DNA from: a virus
Lineage: Duplodnaviria > Caudoviricetes
IMG/VR virus record: IMGVR_UViG_2808606549_000001
Location: 1 to 64,000 of that record
Strand: one strand, 5' to 3'
Length of the DNA: 64,000 nt
Positions 9,732 through 18,454 of the stretch are shown here, in pieces (the stretch's first letter is position 1; every line of letters begins with the position of its first letter). Position numbers and translations under genes: made by a program. Below the pieces are notes generated by a model, which was not told where the DNA came from, searched no databases, and was given only the letters and a program-made list of their open reading frames with translations.

Positions 9732-10933
9732 GTTATAAAGATAAATACCTTGCTCGTGATAATGCTTATGGCAGTAGTATCGGAGAAACCAGAAAGAATG
9801 CAACGATATATAAAATAAATGAATCTTTTAAGGATTCTCCTTCCTATCACGAGTTGCCCATTGATGGTGTGAACACAGAAGTACGAGTAGTTACCACCGA
9901 TAAATATAACATTCAGACTCTCCTATTTAGACCATCAACTGTTGCTCATTTTGGTTCTTACGTTTCAATCGATTCCGAAGACTGGATTATTACAGAGTTG
10001 TTTTCGAATGATATTTATCCTAAAGCAACAATTAAACGATGCAATTCGATGCTTAAGTGGCTTGATGCTGATGGCTATTTGAAACAATATGCTTGTGTAT
10101 TCGAATCCCCTTCTTCTATTCAAACGGGAATCAAAGAAAATCAAATCATGACCATACCTAACGGTAAACGCATAGTGACAGTAAAGAAGGATCTTATCAC
10201 AAGCACTCTTAAGCGCGACAAGAGATTCATTCTAGATAATCATGCCTATAAAATTACCGACATTGATTCCACTACAAAAGAAGGCCTAACCGTATTATCG
10301 TTAGAGGATACCGAGATTAATTCTGCCGATAACCTAGAATTAGGAATAGCAGATTATGAAGGTAAAGTTGCTAATTTCACAGTTACTATATTAAATGGCG
10401 AAAACTTCTCAATGAAGGCTGCTTCAACAATTCAATTGCAAACAGAAGTTCGCAATAATGGCGTCTTGGTAAGTAAGAAGTTAACTTATCAATCGAGTAA
10501 TCCAAGTGTTGCCACTGTTTCCTCAAGTGGATTAGTATCATCTCTTTTGAATGGCAAAGTGGTTATTACTGCATCAATTGATGATCATCCAGATATTCAG
10601 GATACAACAACGATTACTGTTGAATTTGAAAATGCTCATAACTATTCAATAGAACTTGATAGTGCTCCAGTAGTCATCTTGAATACCTCAAAGACATTCA
10701 CAGCAGTTATCAAGGATAATTTGATCATTAATCCGAATAGAACAGTTTACTGGTATTTGTACGCTGCTGACGGAGTTGGTCCGTCTGATGTTGTGCAGAT
10801 GGTCATGAATTCAACTACTCAATGCACCCTAAAGGCGCTAAAAATAGGAAAAGCCAAATTGAAAGTTGTATTAGTCGGTAGTTTCCCAACACTCGAACAA
10901 GTATTCGATATACAAGTCAAAAGTCTTATATGA
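9728..10933 (+). CDS. Head closure/connector protein with Ig-like (Big_2) domain
   Basis: YQSSNPSVATVSSSGLV Big_2 signature; synteny. Confidence 0.65.
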   Translation: MSYKDKYLARDNAYGSSIGETRKNATIYKINESFKDSPSYHELPIDGVNTEVRVVTTDKYNIQTLLFRPSTVAHFGSYVSIDSEDWIITELFSNDIYPKATIKRCNSMLKWLDADGYLKQYACVFESPSSIQTGIKENQIMTIPNGKRIVTVKKDLITSTLKRDKRFILDNHAYKITDIDSTTKEGLTVLSLEDTEINSADNLELGIADYEGKVANFTVTILNGENFSMKAASTIQLQTEVRNNGVLVSKKLTYQSSNPSVATVSSSGLVSSLLNGKVVITASIDDHPDIQDTTTITVEFENAHNYSIELDSAPVVILNTSKTFTAVIKDNLIINPNRTVYWYLYAADGVGPSDVVQMVMNSTTQCTLKALKIGKAKLKVVLVGSFPTLEQVFDIQVKSLI

Positions 10934-10948
10934 GATATGTAACATTGT

Positions 10949-11437
10949 TTGGAGGTGAGTCGCATATCTCGATTCAAAGAGTTAGGCTATGACAAATTAA
11001 CGATTATGATGAGGTTAACAAATTCACAAAATTTGTGTAAAGCATTGTTTTATAATGACCGAAACTTTCTTGATAAACCGAATATAGCCGATCCCACCAC
11101 ATTAATATATGAATACATTTTTCCGTATAAGAAAATTCCCGATGTTCAAGTGAATGCACGTTCATTAATCACACTCAATTTCTCAAGATATAGGCCAGTT
11201 GGGGTCTCATTTAAATCTGGCATTATCGACTTCAATGTATTGATACATAAAGACAATATGAGAACAGATTACGGATGTTTGAGAACAGACTATATAGTTA
11301 GTGAAATCGATGAGTTGATTAATCAAACATATGGGTTGGGAATCGGTAAGGTAAAATTCTTTGCAATGGATGATATATTGGTGAATAGCGACTACCACGG
11401 TATAACGATTAGTTATGAAAAAGTGGATTTCAATTAG
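10949..11437 (+). CDS. Tail completion/terminator protein (putative; real start may be ATA 10964)
   Basis: Synteny; SD GGAGGTG at 10951-10957. Confidence 0.55.
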   Translation: MEVSRISRFKELGYDKLTIMMRLTNSQNLCKALFYNDRNFLDKPNIADPTTLIYEYIFPYKKIPDVQVNARSLITLNFSRYRPVGVSFKSGIIDFNVLIHKDNMRTDYGCLRTDYIVSEIDELINQTYGLGIGKVKFFAMDDILVNSDYHGITISYEKVDFN

Positions 11438-11445
11438 GTGATGTC

Positions 11446-12174
11446 ATGGATAGAGACGACATCGAATTAAAATTGCTTGCTGGGATGCCAATCGAAATTA
11501 ACGGATGTGGTCTGCTTTATACTCCCACAGTTAGAGATATTATTGAGATTGGTGAGATCAAATACAATCAGTACTTATCCGTACTATTGTTTGATAAAAG
11601 TAACGCCGATGTTGAAATTCCTGATGAAATAAGTAATTTCGAATTCTTTTTTATCAATTGTGTGTATAGCACAACTTTTAAGTCCATCGCACTAGAAGCA
11701 TTCAACTTTATATTCAGGATGAGACCTGAATTATGTGATGCCGATACATCGCTTGATCCATTCTTATATTTTGAAGATGGATCGAAAATTGATAAAAGTA
11801 ATTTTGAGTTTATTCAGGAAGTTGTTCGCATTGGACACCATGTCAAACTTCAAAAACGTGATGAAGAATATAACTTTGCCAATGAAACTGCAAGAAAGTT
11901 TATTGAAAAAGTAAAGGCATTCCGAGAGTCAGTGAAAGTAAAAAAGAAAGATGATTTGACCTTACATAGTATGATAAATGGAATGGCTTGGAAATCCCAT
12001 TCAGTAAACTTATTTAATATTTTTGAACTAACCATATATCAATTGAGATATGGGTTTTTAGCATTAAACAATATTGATGACTATCAATTCACTTTGCATG
12101 GAATCTATGCAGGAACAATTGATACTAAAAAAATAAAGTTTGATAAATTGCAATGGGCAAAAATCACTTTTTGA
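11446..12174 (+). CDS. Phage tail-region protein
   Basis: 242-aa ORF before the tail tube gene. Confidence 0.6.
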   Translation: MDRDDIELKLLAGMPIEINGCGLLYTPTVRDIIEIGEIKYNQYLSVLLFDKSNADVEIPDEISNFEFFFINCVYSTTFKSIALEAFNFIFRMRPELCDADTSLDPFLYFEDGSKIDKSNFEFIQEVVRIGHHVKLQKRDEEYNFANETARKFIEKVKAFRESVKVKKKDDLTLHSMINGMAWKSHSVNLFNIFELTIYQLRYGFLALNNIDDYQFTLHGIYAGTIDTKKIKFDKLQWAKITF

Positions 12175-12195
12175 AATTATAGGAGGAATACATAA

Positions 12196-12987
12196 ATGTC
12201 AGCTCCGAATCGTTGGGCAATTAAAGAATCAGGGGAAGTTACTTTCTACGACCTCGTAACAGGTAAGGCTAAGACCACGCTTCGCACACTTAAAACATCA
12301 AAACTTTCCACGACTGGCGCTACGACGTACAGTCGCGGTGGGCGCGGTAATGTAAAGCTGGTAGGGTTTTCCAGTGACCGCGAAGCAAGACTCGAACTGA
12401 CCGACGCTATCTTCGACAACGCGGCCATCTCCATGCTTACTGGTAACGATTTAACTACGGGAGTTAAAAATGTTAATCGCAATGAACTTGTCACTGTTAA
12501 CTCTAACTCCGCTACGCTATCTAAGACTCCAGTCGGAAACCTTATCAGTGTTTACAAGGTAAATCCCGATGGAACCAATGGTACAGAATTAACTAAGAAG
12601 GCTGGATCTTCAGTGGCTACTGGCGAATATGACATCTCGGCAAAGGTCTTGTCATTTTTCTCAGGTGATCTACCTAATGGTTCTAAAGTTCGAGTGTACT
12701 ATGTTGTTGCCACTGACAATACAGCAAAGAATATCAAAGTCACATCAGATCAGTTTGGCAAAACCTTTAAAGTTACAATTGACGTTCTCGTTCGTGATGA
12801 ATATACCAAAGCAGATTATGCGGGCATCTACACCATTCCAAATGCAAAATTCGAAGATAATTTCGACTTCGATTTTAGTAGTGACGGCGACCCTGCGGTT
12901 CTGGCGCTTAATCTCGAAATCCTTAAGAGTCCAACTTCTAATGACATGTGGGAACTTACAATCTACGACGATGCACTAATTCTATAA
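12196..12987 (+). CDS. Major tail tube protein
   Basis: Strong SD; RGGRGN...DGDPAV motifs; Thr/Ser-rich; synteny. Confidence 0.75.
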   Translation: MSAPNRWAIKESGEVTFYDLVTGKAKTTLRTLKTSKLSTTGATTYSRGGRGNVKLVGFSSDREARLELTDAIFDNAAISMLTGNDLTTGVKNVNRNELVTVNSNSATLSKTPVGNLISVYKVNPDGTNGTELTKKAGSSVATGEYDISAKVLSFFSGDLPNGSKVRVYYVVATDNTAKNIKVTSDQFGKTFKVTIDVLVRDEYTKADYAGIYTIPNAKFEDNFDFDFSSDGDPAVLALNLEILKSPTSNDMWELTIYDDALIL

Positions 12988-13001
12988 ATTTATTTTTACA
13001 T

Positions 13002-13070
13002 AACAAGGCTAGATTTGGGCTTGCAATCCAGATCGAAATCGGCGACTCACACGCCGCTGCCTTGTTTTTT
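13002..13070 (+). ncRNA. Three-way-junction leader RNA (C4/CI-like architecture) upstream of the HNH gene
   Basis: P1 AACAAGGC/GCCTTGTT; P2 GATTTGGG-CTTGCAA-TCCAGATC; P3 CGGCG-ACTCACA-CGCCG; poly-T follows. The P3 loop is complementary to TGTGAG at 13075 and 13088 (the SD). Confidence 0.65.
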
Positions 13071-13103
13071 ATATTGTGAGAACATTTTGTGAGGTGTAAA
13101 AGT

Positions 13104-14129
13104 TTGAGAAAAAAGATAACGTTTGAACTTGCAAAATCTAGTTTTGCTGATAGAAATTTAATTTTACTAGAAGATAATTATTTGGATGCGAAAACCAAGA
13201 TGAGATTTCTTTGTCCATTGCATCCTGAGTATGAGCAGAAAATAAACTATGGTAATTTTAGTCAGGGTTACGGATGTACTTGGTGTTCAAATAAGGTTCG
13301 TGCGAACATAGAGATTGTAAAAAATGAGTTCTTAAAACGTGGACTTAAATGTTTGTCGGACGTATATACTAATGAAAATAAGCAGTTAGAATACATATGC
13401 GACAATCATCCTGATTTAATCCAGCTAATTAGTTTCAGGTCAATTAAAAATGGTGTGGGTTGCAGGGAATGCTCTAAAGAAAAATTGAGATCTAGATTTC
13501 AATTAGATTTTGAATTTGTTAAAAATGATTTATTGAAAAATGGTTATGTACTTTTAGAAGATACATATCTAAATGCCAGAACGAAAATGAGATACATTTG
13601 CGAATTTCACCCTTTTGAAATTCAACTATCCAATTATAGCAATATGAAAAAGAAGTCAGCTTGCAGATATTGTGGATTAGAAAAACTTTCAGGAGAAAAT
13701 TGCTTTTATTGGCAAGGAGGAATTACGAAGTTATCACTATATCTTCGAAGTTGTATAAAAAACTGGTCAATTGAAGTAATGAGAGATAATGATTTTAAAT
13801 GTAAAATAACAGGTCGAAAAGGCATACTGGAAGTTCATCATTTAAAGAATTTTAGCGACATACTAAAAGAATCACTTACAGAACTTGGTCTACCAATTAG
13901 ACGAGAAGTTGGAGATTATTCAAAAGATGAGCTTTACCGACTAGAAAATTTATTTGTAAGAAAACATACTTTGGATACAGGGGTTCCATTATTGAAAGAA
14001 ATTCATGACCTATTTCATAAGACATATGGTCGATTTAATAACACACCAGAACAATTCTATGAATTCAAAGAAAGATATCTTTCAGGGGAATTCTCTATTG
14101 TTCCTCAAAAGGAAGCGGTTTTTATTTGA
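13104..14129 (+). CDS. Freestanding HNH-type homing endonuclease with three Zn-ribbon repeats
   Basis: Three repeats of Y..A.TKMR..C..H...C..C; C-terminal LEVHHL...H..FH..YG..NNT.EQF; TTG start after SD GAGGTG. Confidence 0.8.
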   Translation: MRKKITFELAKSSFADRNLILLEDNYLDAKTKMRFLCPLHPEYEQKINYGNFSQGYGCTWCSNKVRANIEIVKNEFLKRGLKCLSDVYTNENKQLEYICDNHPDLIQLISFRSIKNGVGCRECSKEKLRSRFQLDFEFVKNDLLKNGYVLLEDTYLNARTKMRYICEFHPFEIQLSNYSNMKKKSACRYCGLEKLSGENCFYWQGGITKLSLYLRSCIKNWSIEVMRDNDFKCKITGRKGILEVHHLKNFSDILKESLTELGLPIRREVGDYSKDELYRLENLFVRKHTLDTGVPLLKEIHDLFHKTYGRFNNTPEQFYEFKERYLSGEFSIVPQKEAVFI

Positions 14130-14180
14130 CCAATTTTTTGTGTAATAGCTAAACACAAAAATAATACTCACACGCCACTT

Positions 14181-14212
14181 AAGACGAAGACTAATTACCT
14201 TCGTCTTTTTTT
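14181..14212 (+). terminator. Intrinsic terminator
   Basis: AAGACGAAG-N8-CTTCGTCTT followed by a T-tract. Confidence 0.7.
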
Positions 14213-14247
14213 ATGTCTTTTATCAATTTAATACGGGAGAGATTAAT

Positions 14248-14733
14248 TTGAGCAAACAACTTAACCTTACAGAAATCAAAAAATTAAATAAAGCAGAATA
14301 TTCAACTACAAAAAGAGTTGAATTAGACAATGGCGAATTCCATCTTGATATCTATGAGAAATTCAAGCCAACTTCCATCAAAAAATTTATTGTTGAGTAC
14401 ATTGAGCTGCTAACTGAACTAAAAACTAAAGGCGTCTCATTTGAAGTTATTAGTGGCATTTCATATGTGTATTACATGTTGCTAATCAGACACTTTACTC
14501 CTAAACCAAATAACATTCCTAAAAATGCAGAGAAGATGTATCTGATTTGTGAAGAACTGATGAATCGAAATATCCTTAGCGATATCATTAATGCGTTCCC
14601 TCCTGAAGAAGTCGCTAAAATTGATGAAGAAATGAAGAAGTTCAATGAAAACACCGACTTATTAAAAAATACTGTTGGTGAACTATTTGTAGATAGCGCT
14701 CTTAAGGAAACTGAAGATGCCACAGTTCAATAA
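14248..14733 (+). CDS. Tail assembly chaperone (putative)
   Basis: Helical 161-aa ORF between the tail tube and tape measure genes. Confidence 0.5.
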   Translation: MSKQLNLTEIKKLNKAEYSTTKRVELDNGEFHLDIYEKFKPTSIKKFIVEYIELLTELKTKGVSFEVISGISYVYYMLLIRHFTPKPNNIPKNAEKMYLICEELMNRNILSDIINAFPPEEVAKIDEEMKKFNENTDLLKNTVGELFVDSALKETEDATVQ

Positions 14734-15196
14734 CTTAAATGATCTGTTTAAGCACATTCAATCAAATATTGTTGATACGCTTAATGATGAAGTAGCCACT
14801 GAAGTAAAATTCGAAGAGCAAAAACAAATTGAGCAAGTTGTGTATGAAGCATATCTCCATCCGTTCCAATATGAGCGCAGAACTTATACAGAAGGTGGCC
14901 TACAGGATATTGATATGATGGTTGCAGTTGTTGAGGTTAAAGGTAACGAGTGTGTTCTATCAGTTGTGAATATGGCAAAAGGCCAGAACGAAGATATATA
15001 CATAGCCCCTCTAATTGAATACGGCGATGGCGTTTATGGTGAGTATCAATATAAATACAATCGCGATAATACTTCATGGAAGTATCTAAGGAGTCGTCCC
15101 TTCACTCAGGCCACTATCGATGCACTCTTGGCATCAGGTAAACATATCAAGGGATTCAAGGAAGGCATGAAGAAGCGTGGTTTCGATATTACTTAG
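14717..15196 (+). CDS. Tail completion protein, HK97 gp10-like (putative)
   Basis: YERR...GL.D...IEYG...RPF motif pattern. Confidence 0.55.
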   Translation: MPQFNNLNDLFKHIQSNIVDTLNDEVATEVKFEEQKQIEQVVYEAYLHPFQYERRTYTEGGLQDIDMMVAVVEVKGNECVLSVVNMAKGQNEDIYIAPLIEYGDGVYGEYQYKYNRDNTSWKYLRSRPFTQATIDALLASGKHIKGFKEGMKKRGFDIT

Positions 15197-15207
15197 GAGG
15201 TGAGTAA

Positions 15208-16227
15208 ATGCCTAGAAAGACATATAAGAAACAAATTACATCTCCAGAATTACTTGAACAGATCGAACCTAAAAATATAAAGATGATGGAACGATTTCTG
15301 CGTGAAAAGAACACCAGAAGCGCTGACGGAACAATTGAAGCATATCGCAGCGATCTTAATATATTCTTCACATGGAATCTTTTAGAGAACGATAATAAGT
15401 TCTTCGTAGATATTAAGAAGATAGAATTTGCTGATTTCTTTAGTTATTGTGTAGAGGAGCTAAAGTGGTCTTCTAACCGTTTCGGTCGGATGCGTTCTTG
15501 CTTGAGCAGCTTTTCGAACTTCATTGAGAACTTTTTTGATGAGCAGCATCCAAACTTCAGGAATGTAATTCTAAAGGCAATTGCACTAATGCCTAAGAAT
15601 CCAGTTCGTGAAAAAACAATCTTATCTGAGCAACAAGTTAATGATCTTCTTAATCATCTGAAAAATGAACTCAACAGACCACAAGAAGCATGTTTGCTTG
15701 CACTAGCAGTTAGTAGCGGAGCGCGAATTTCTGAATTGTTGCGGTTCAAAACATCTCTGATTGATGAAAACAATACAGCATTCGATGATATGTTCCTAGA
15801 GACAACTAAAGAAATCAAGACAAAAGGAAGAACAAAAGCAGGAAAAATGCTTTATAAATATATCATCAAAGACCTCTTCCTCCCCTTCTACAAAGATTGG
15901 CTAGTCGAGCGTGAACGTATTATGAAAGAGAACAATCAAGAACACGACGCTATCTTCATCCTGAGAGATGGGAAGCCAGCAACAGTAGAGGCAGTTCGTG
16001 GATGGTCAGAAAAGTGGGAAGAATTCTTAGGCGTCCCTTTCTACTTCCACTCTCTTCGTCATTACATAGTGACTCACCTCACTCGCTTAGGATTGTCTTC
16101 GGACTTCATCATTGAAATCATGGGTTGGACGAGTGCAGATATGTACAAGGTATACAATGACCTTACGGCAAAAGATCGTAAATGGAAAGACCTCGACAAG
16201 TTAAAGGAACATTTGAAAACTGAATAA
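15208..16227 (+). CDS. Tyrosine recombinase (XerC/D-like), catalytically intact
   Basis: R (GARISEL), K (KTKG), HxxR (HSLRH), W (MGW) and Y (YKVYND) catalytic residues all present. Confidence 0.92.
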   Translation: MPRKTYKKQITSPELLEQIEPKNIKMMERFLREKNTRSADGTIEAYRSDLNIFFTWNLLENDNKFFVDIKKIEFADFFSYCVEELKWSSNRFGRMRSCLSSFSNFIENFFDEQHPNFRNVILKAIALMPKNPVREKTILSEQQVNDLLNHLKNELNRPQEACLLALAVSSGARISELLRFKTSLIDENNTAFDDMFLETTKEIKTKGRTKAGKMLYKYIIKDLFLPFYKDWLVERERIMKENNQEHDAIFILRDGKPATVEAVRGWSEKWEEFLGVPFYFHSLRHYIVTHLTRLGLSSDFIIEIMGWTSADMYKVYNDLTAKDRKWKDLDKLKEHLKTE

Positions 16228-16231
16228 GGTA

Positions 16232-16249
16232 ATGAAATATCACTTTTAT
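16232..16249. repeat. Junction site ATGAAA-TATCAC-TTTTAT immediately after the tyrosine recombinase
   Basis: Perfect consensus copy 4 bp downstream of the recombinase stop codon. Confidence 0.75.
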
Positions 16250-16282
16250 TCACTCTATTATTCACATCAAGGAGGTAAAATA

Positions 16283-17083
16283 TTGGCTGGAAATATTTAT
16301 TTAGATGACAATGGTAAACCAGTAGGATTAAATAATCCACTTCCAGTTCGGAGAGTCGGAAGTAGCGATTATGCTTCTTACCCTGACTTGTCTATCGGAG
16401 TGTCCCCCACAACTATCGTTTTCCCTAAAAGCATGAATAACATCATGATCACTAACGATGGGACCGATGATGTAAAAATCGGTCTACAAGGCAAAAATCC
16501 ATTCGGAACGATCCATGATAATCAGGACATCACATGGTCTTACACTGGAACATGGGTATCGGATACGACAGCAATTCTACGCGCTGTTGGATCGGACGTA
16601 GCAAAAACATCTACTGCTGGTAGTAAGGCTACATATAAACCCAATATTGCTTGCGCTCAAATTGCTGTTTCGATTGCAAAAGGCAGCGCCGCAGGGATTG
16701 CTCAAATTGAAATATCGAATGATGGTGGCAACACCTGGGCTAATCCATCTTCCATTTCAGGTGTTTCCCGTTCTGATGGTTTTACTGGTACTGCTATGGA
16801 TACTTTTGATGCCTACACCTCTGCTACCGCTGGACCTTATGATTTGATTTACACTCTGCCAACTATATCGAACTGGTCTTTGCGTGTTTCATATACAGGT
16901 TCCAAAAACTCAAGTTCGTCAGGGTACAATGTATGGATAGACTGCGGTAAAGTATTTACATCTACGAATGCATCAATCGTTATAAAATCTGGCGAAACGT
17001 TATCACTTGCTATCAGTAGTGGCGATATTCAACTAGCCAGTAAAAGCGGAACACAGCCTGTTAGATTGGTGGTGTCGGTATAA
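16283..17083 (+). CDS. Beta-rich virion-associated protein with a probable carbohydrate-binding module
   Basis: SD AGGAGG plus TTG at 16283; Ser/Thr/Gly-rich; WSYTGTW...GSKNSSSSGYNVWID jelly-roll-like pattern. Confidence 0.55.
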   Translation: MAGNIYLDDNGKPVGLNNPLPVRRVGSSDYASYPDLSIGVSPTTIVFPKSMNNIMITNDGTDDVKIGLQGKNPFGTIHDNQDITWSYTGTWVSDTTAILRAVGSDVAKTSTAGSKATYKPNIACAQIAVSIAKGSAAGIAQIEISNDGGNTWANPSSISGVSRSDGFTGTAMDTFDAYTSATAGPYDLIYTLPTISNWSLRVSYTGSKNSSSSGYNVWIDCGKVFTSTNASIVIKSGETLSLAISSGDIQLASKSGTQPVRLVVSV

Positions 17084-17782
17084 ATGGCAGGACTAAATCT
17101 ATCACCGCCAAGGTTCCAGAGCAAATGGCGTGGAAAAACAGCACATTTTCTCGGGGACAGTATCACACAAGGTGCTGGTTCTTCCACGCCATCAGATCCC
17201 AATTTGTTGTATCATGCTTTAGTTAAAAAGCAGTTGGGTCTCGCTTCTGTATCAAATTATGGCGTTTCTGGGACTCATATTTCAGGCGCGTATACGAACA
17301 CAAGTGGAAACTCAGGCACTCCCACTCAAAGTTTTACTGCAAGGTACAGTGGTATGAGTAACACTGCCGATCTTGTGGTTGTGTTCGGTGGAACAAACGA
17401 CTTTGGTCATGCTGAGACTGCTCCTATTGGGACGTTTGCTGACACAACAGATATCTCGTTTTATGGAGCACTTAGAACCTTGATGAGTGGTTTGATTAAT
17501 AAGTATCCGACTCAGCAGATTGTATTTATGACGCCTTTGCACAGAGAAGCGGATGACACAGCAAACACGGTCACTTCAAAAAAACTTAGCGATTATGTAG
17601 CGATCATAAAAGAGGTGGCGGCATATTATGCTATTCCTGTTTTGGACTTATACAGTGTATCTGGTATCCAACCGAATCTACCGATTGGGAAAACAACCTA
17701 TGCGGGAGATGGTCTGCACCCGAACGCAGCGGGCCATGCGGTGATAGCGAGGAAATTATCTGCATTTTTAGAAACTTTGTAA
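17084..17782 (+). CDS. SGNH/GDSL hydrolase (esterase/deacetylase)
   Basis: GDSITQG, GVSG, GTND and DGLHPN blocks. Confidence 0.9.
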   Translation: MAGLNLSPPRFQSKWRGKTAHFLGDSITQGAGSSTPSDPNLLYHALVKKQLGLASVSNYGVSGTHISGAYTNTSGNSGTPTQSFTARYSGMSNTADLVVVFGGTNDFGHAETAPIGTFADTTDISFYGALRTLMSGLINKYPTQQIVFMTPLHREADDTANTVTSKKLSDYVAIIKEVAAYYAIPVLDLYSVSGIQPNLPIGKTTYAGDGLHPNAAGHAVIARKLSAFLETL

Positions 17783-17870
17783 AAGAATTATTGGTGAGTG
17801 TTCTTCTAATTTTTACTAATAAATCATCTTATAGGCGACTTCATTCAATCGTATTGTCTCTAAAATAGAG

Positions 17871-17894
17871 AAACCGTTGTTTCAGCGGTTTTTT
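17871..17894 (+). terminator. Intrinsic terminator
   Basis: AAACCGTTG-TTT-CAGCGGTTT followed by a T-tract. Confidence 0.6.
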
Positions 17895-18010
17895 TCTTTT
17901 ATAGATAAAAACAATTAAAAAATATAATATCAGTTTTCCATTCCTATACATATACATATTGGTGTAAAATACCAGTATAACTAAATTCATGTTTAGGGGT
18001 GTGAATTGAG

Positions 18011-18382
18011 TTGAAAAGGATCATATTTATTTTGTGTCTGAGTGTCATCTTAACAAGTTGTTCATCTAATAAAACACCAGTTTCGAATGAGATCAAGAAT
18101 AAGTCTAAACAAGTTGGGGAAATATTAATCAACTATATGCAAGACGGTAAACAAATCGATAGTTCACAGCAACGGATTATCGATGCCTATGTTTCAAAAT
18201 ATGGAGAAAAACTATCCTCATTCAATGAGTACGAGCAAGGTGTAATAAACAACATTCTTAAAATGAATAACGATATGTATTATTATAATACTTACAACAA
18301 ATACAGTGATAAATTAAAAGCAATGGAAAGGTTCAACCAAGATTTAGCGGAGTTTAAAGAAATAGACCAAAGTATTAAATAG
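18011..18382 (+). CDS. Lipoprotein (moron)
   Basis: Signal peptide with lipobox ILTS-C; flanked by terminators. Confidence 0.75.
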   Translation: MKRIIFILCLSVILTSCSSNKTPVSNEIKNKSKQVGEILINYMQDGKQIDSSQQRIIDAYVSKYGEKLSSFNEYEQGVINNILKMNNDMYYYNTYNKYSDKLKAMERFNQDLAEFKEIDQSIK

Positions 18383-18397
18383 GTAGCACTATATTTA

Positions 18398-18428
18398 AGG
18401 AGTGGGCGCAACTGCCCTCTCCTTTTTT
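18398..18428 (+). terminator. Intrinsic terminator
   Basis: AGGAGTGGGC-GCAACT-GCCCTCTCCT followed by a T-tract. Confidence 0.6.
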
Positions 18429-18454
18429 GTCGTTTAGAAAAAGGAGAGGAAATC

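Noticed and set aside
12988-14247. Group I intron or IscB/HEARO element around the HNH gene
   Set aside because: Flanking genes are complete, no intron core is recognisable, and the protein lacks the PLMP and RuvC motifs of IscB.
14700-14733. Programmed tail-chaperone frameshift
   Set aside because: No clear slippery heptamer at the overlap, and the downstream ORF has its own SD and ATG.
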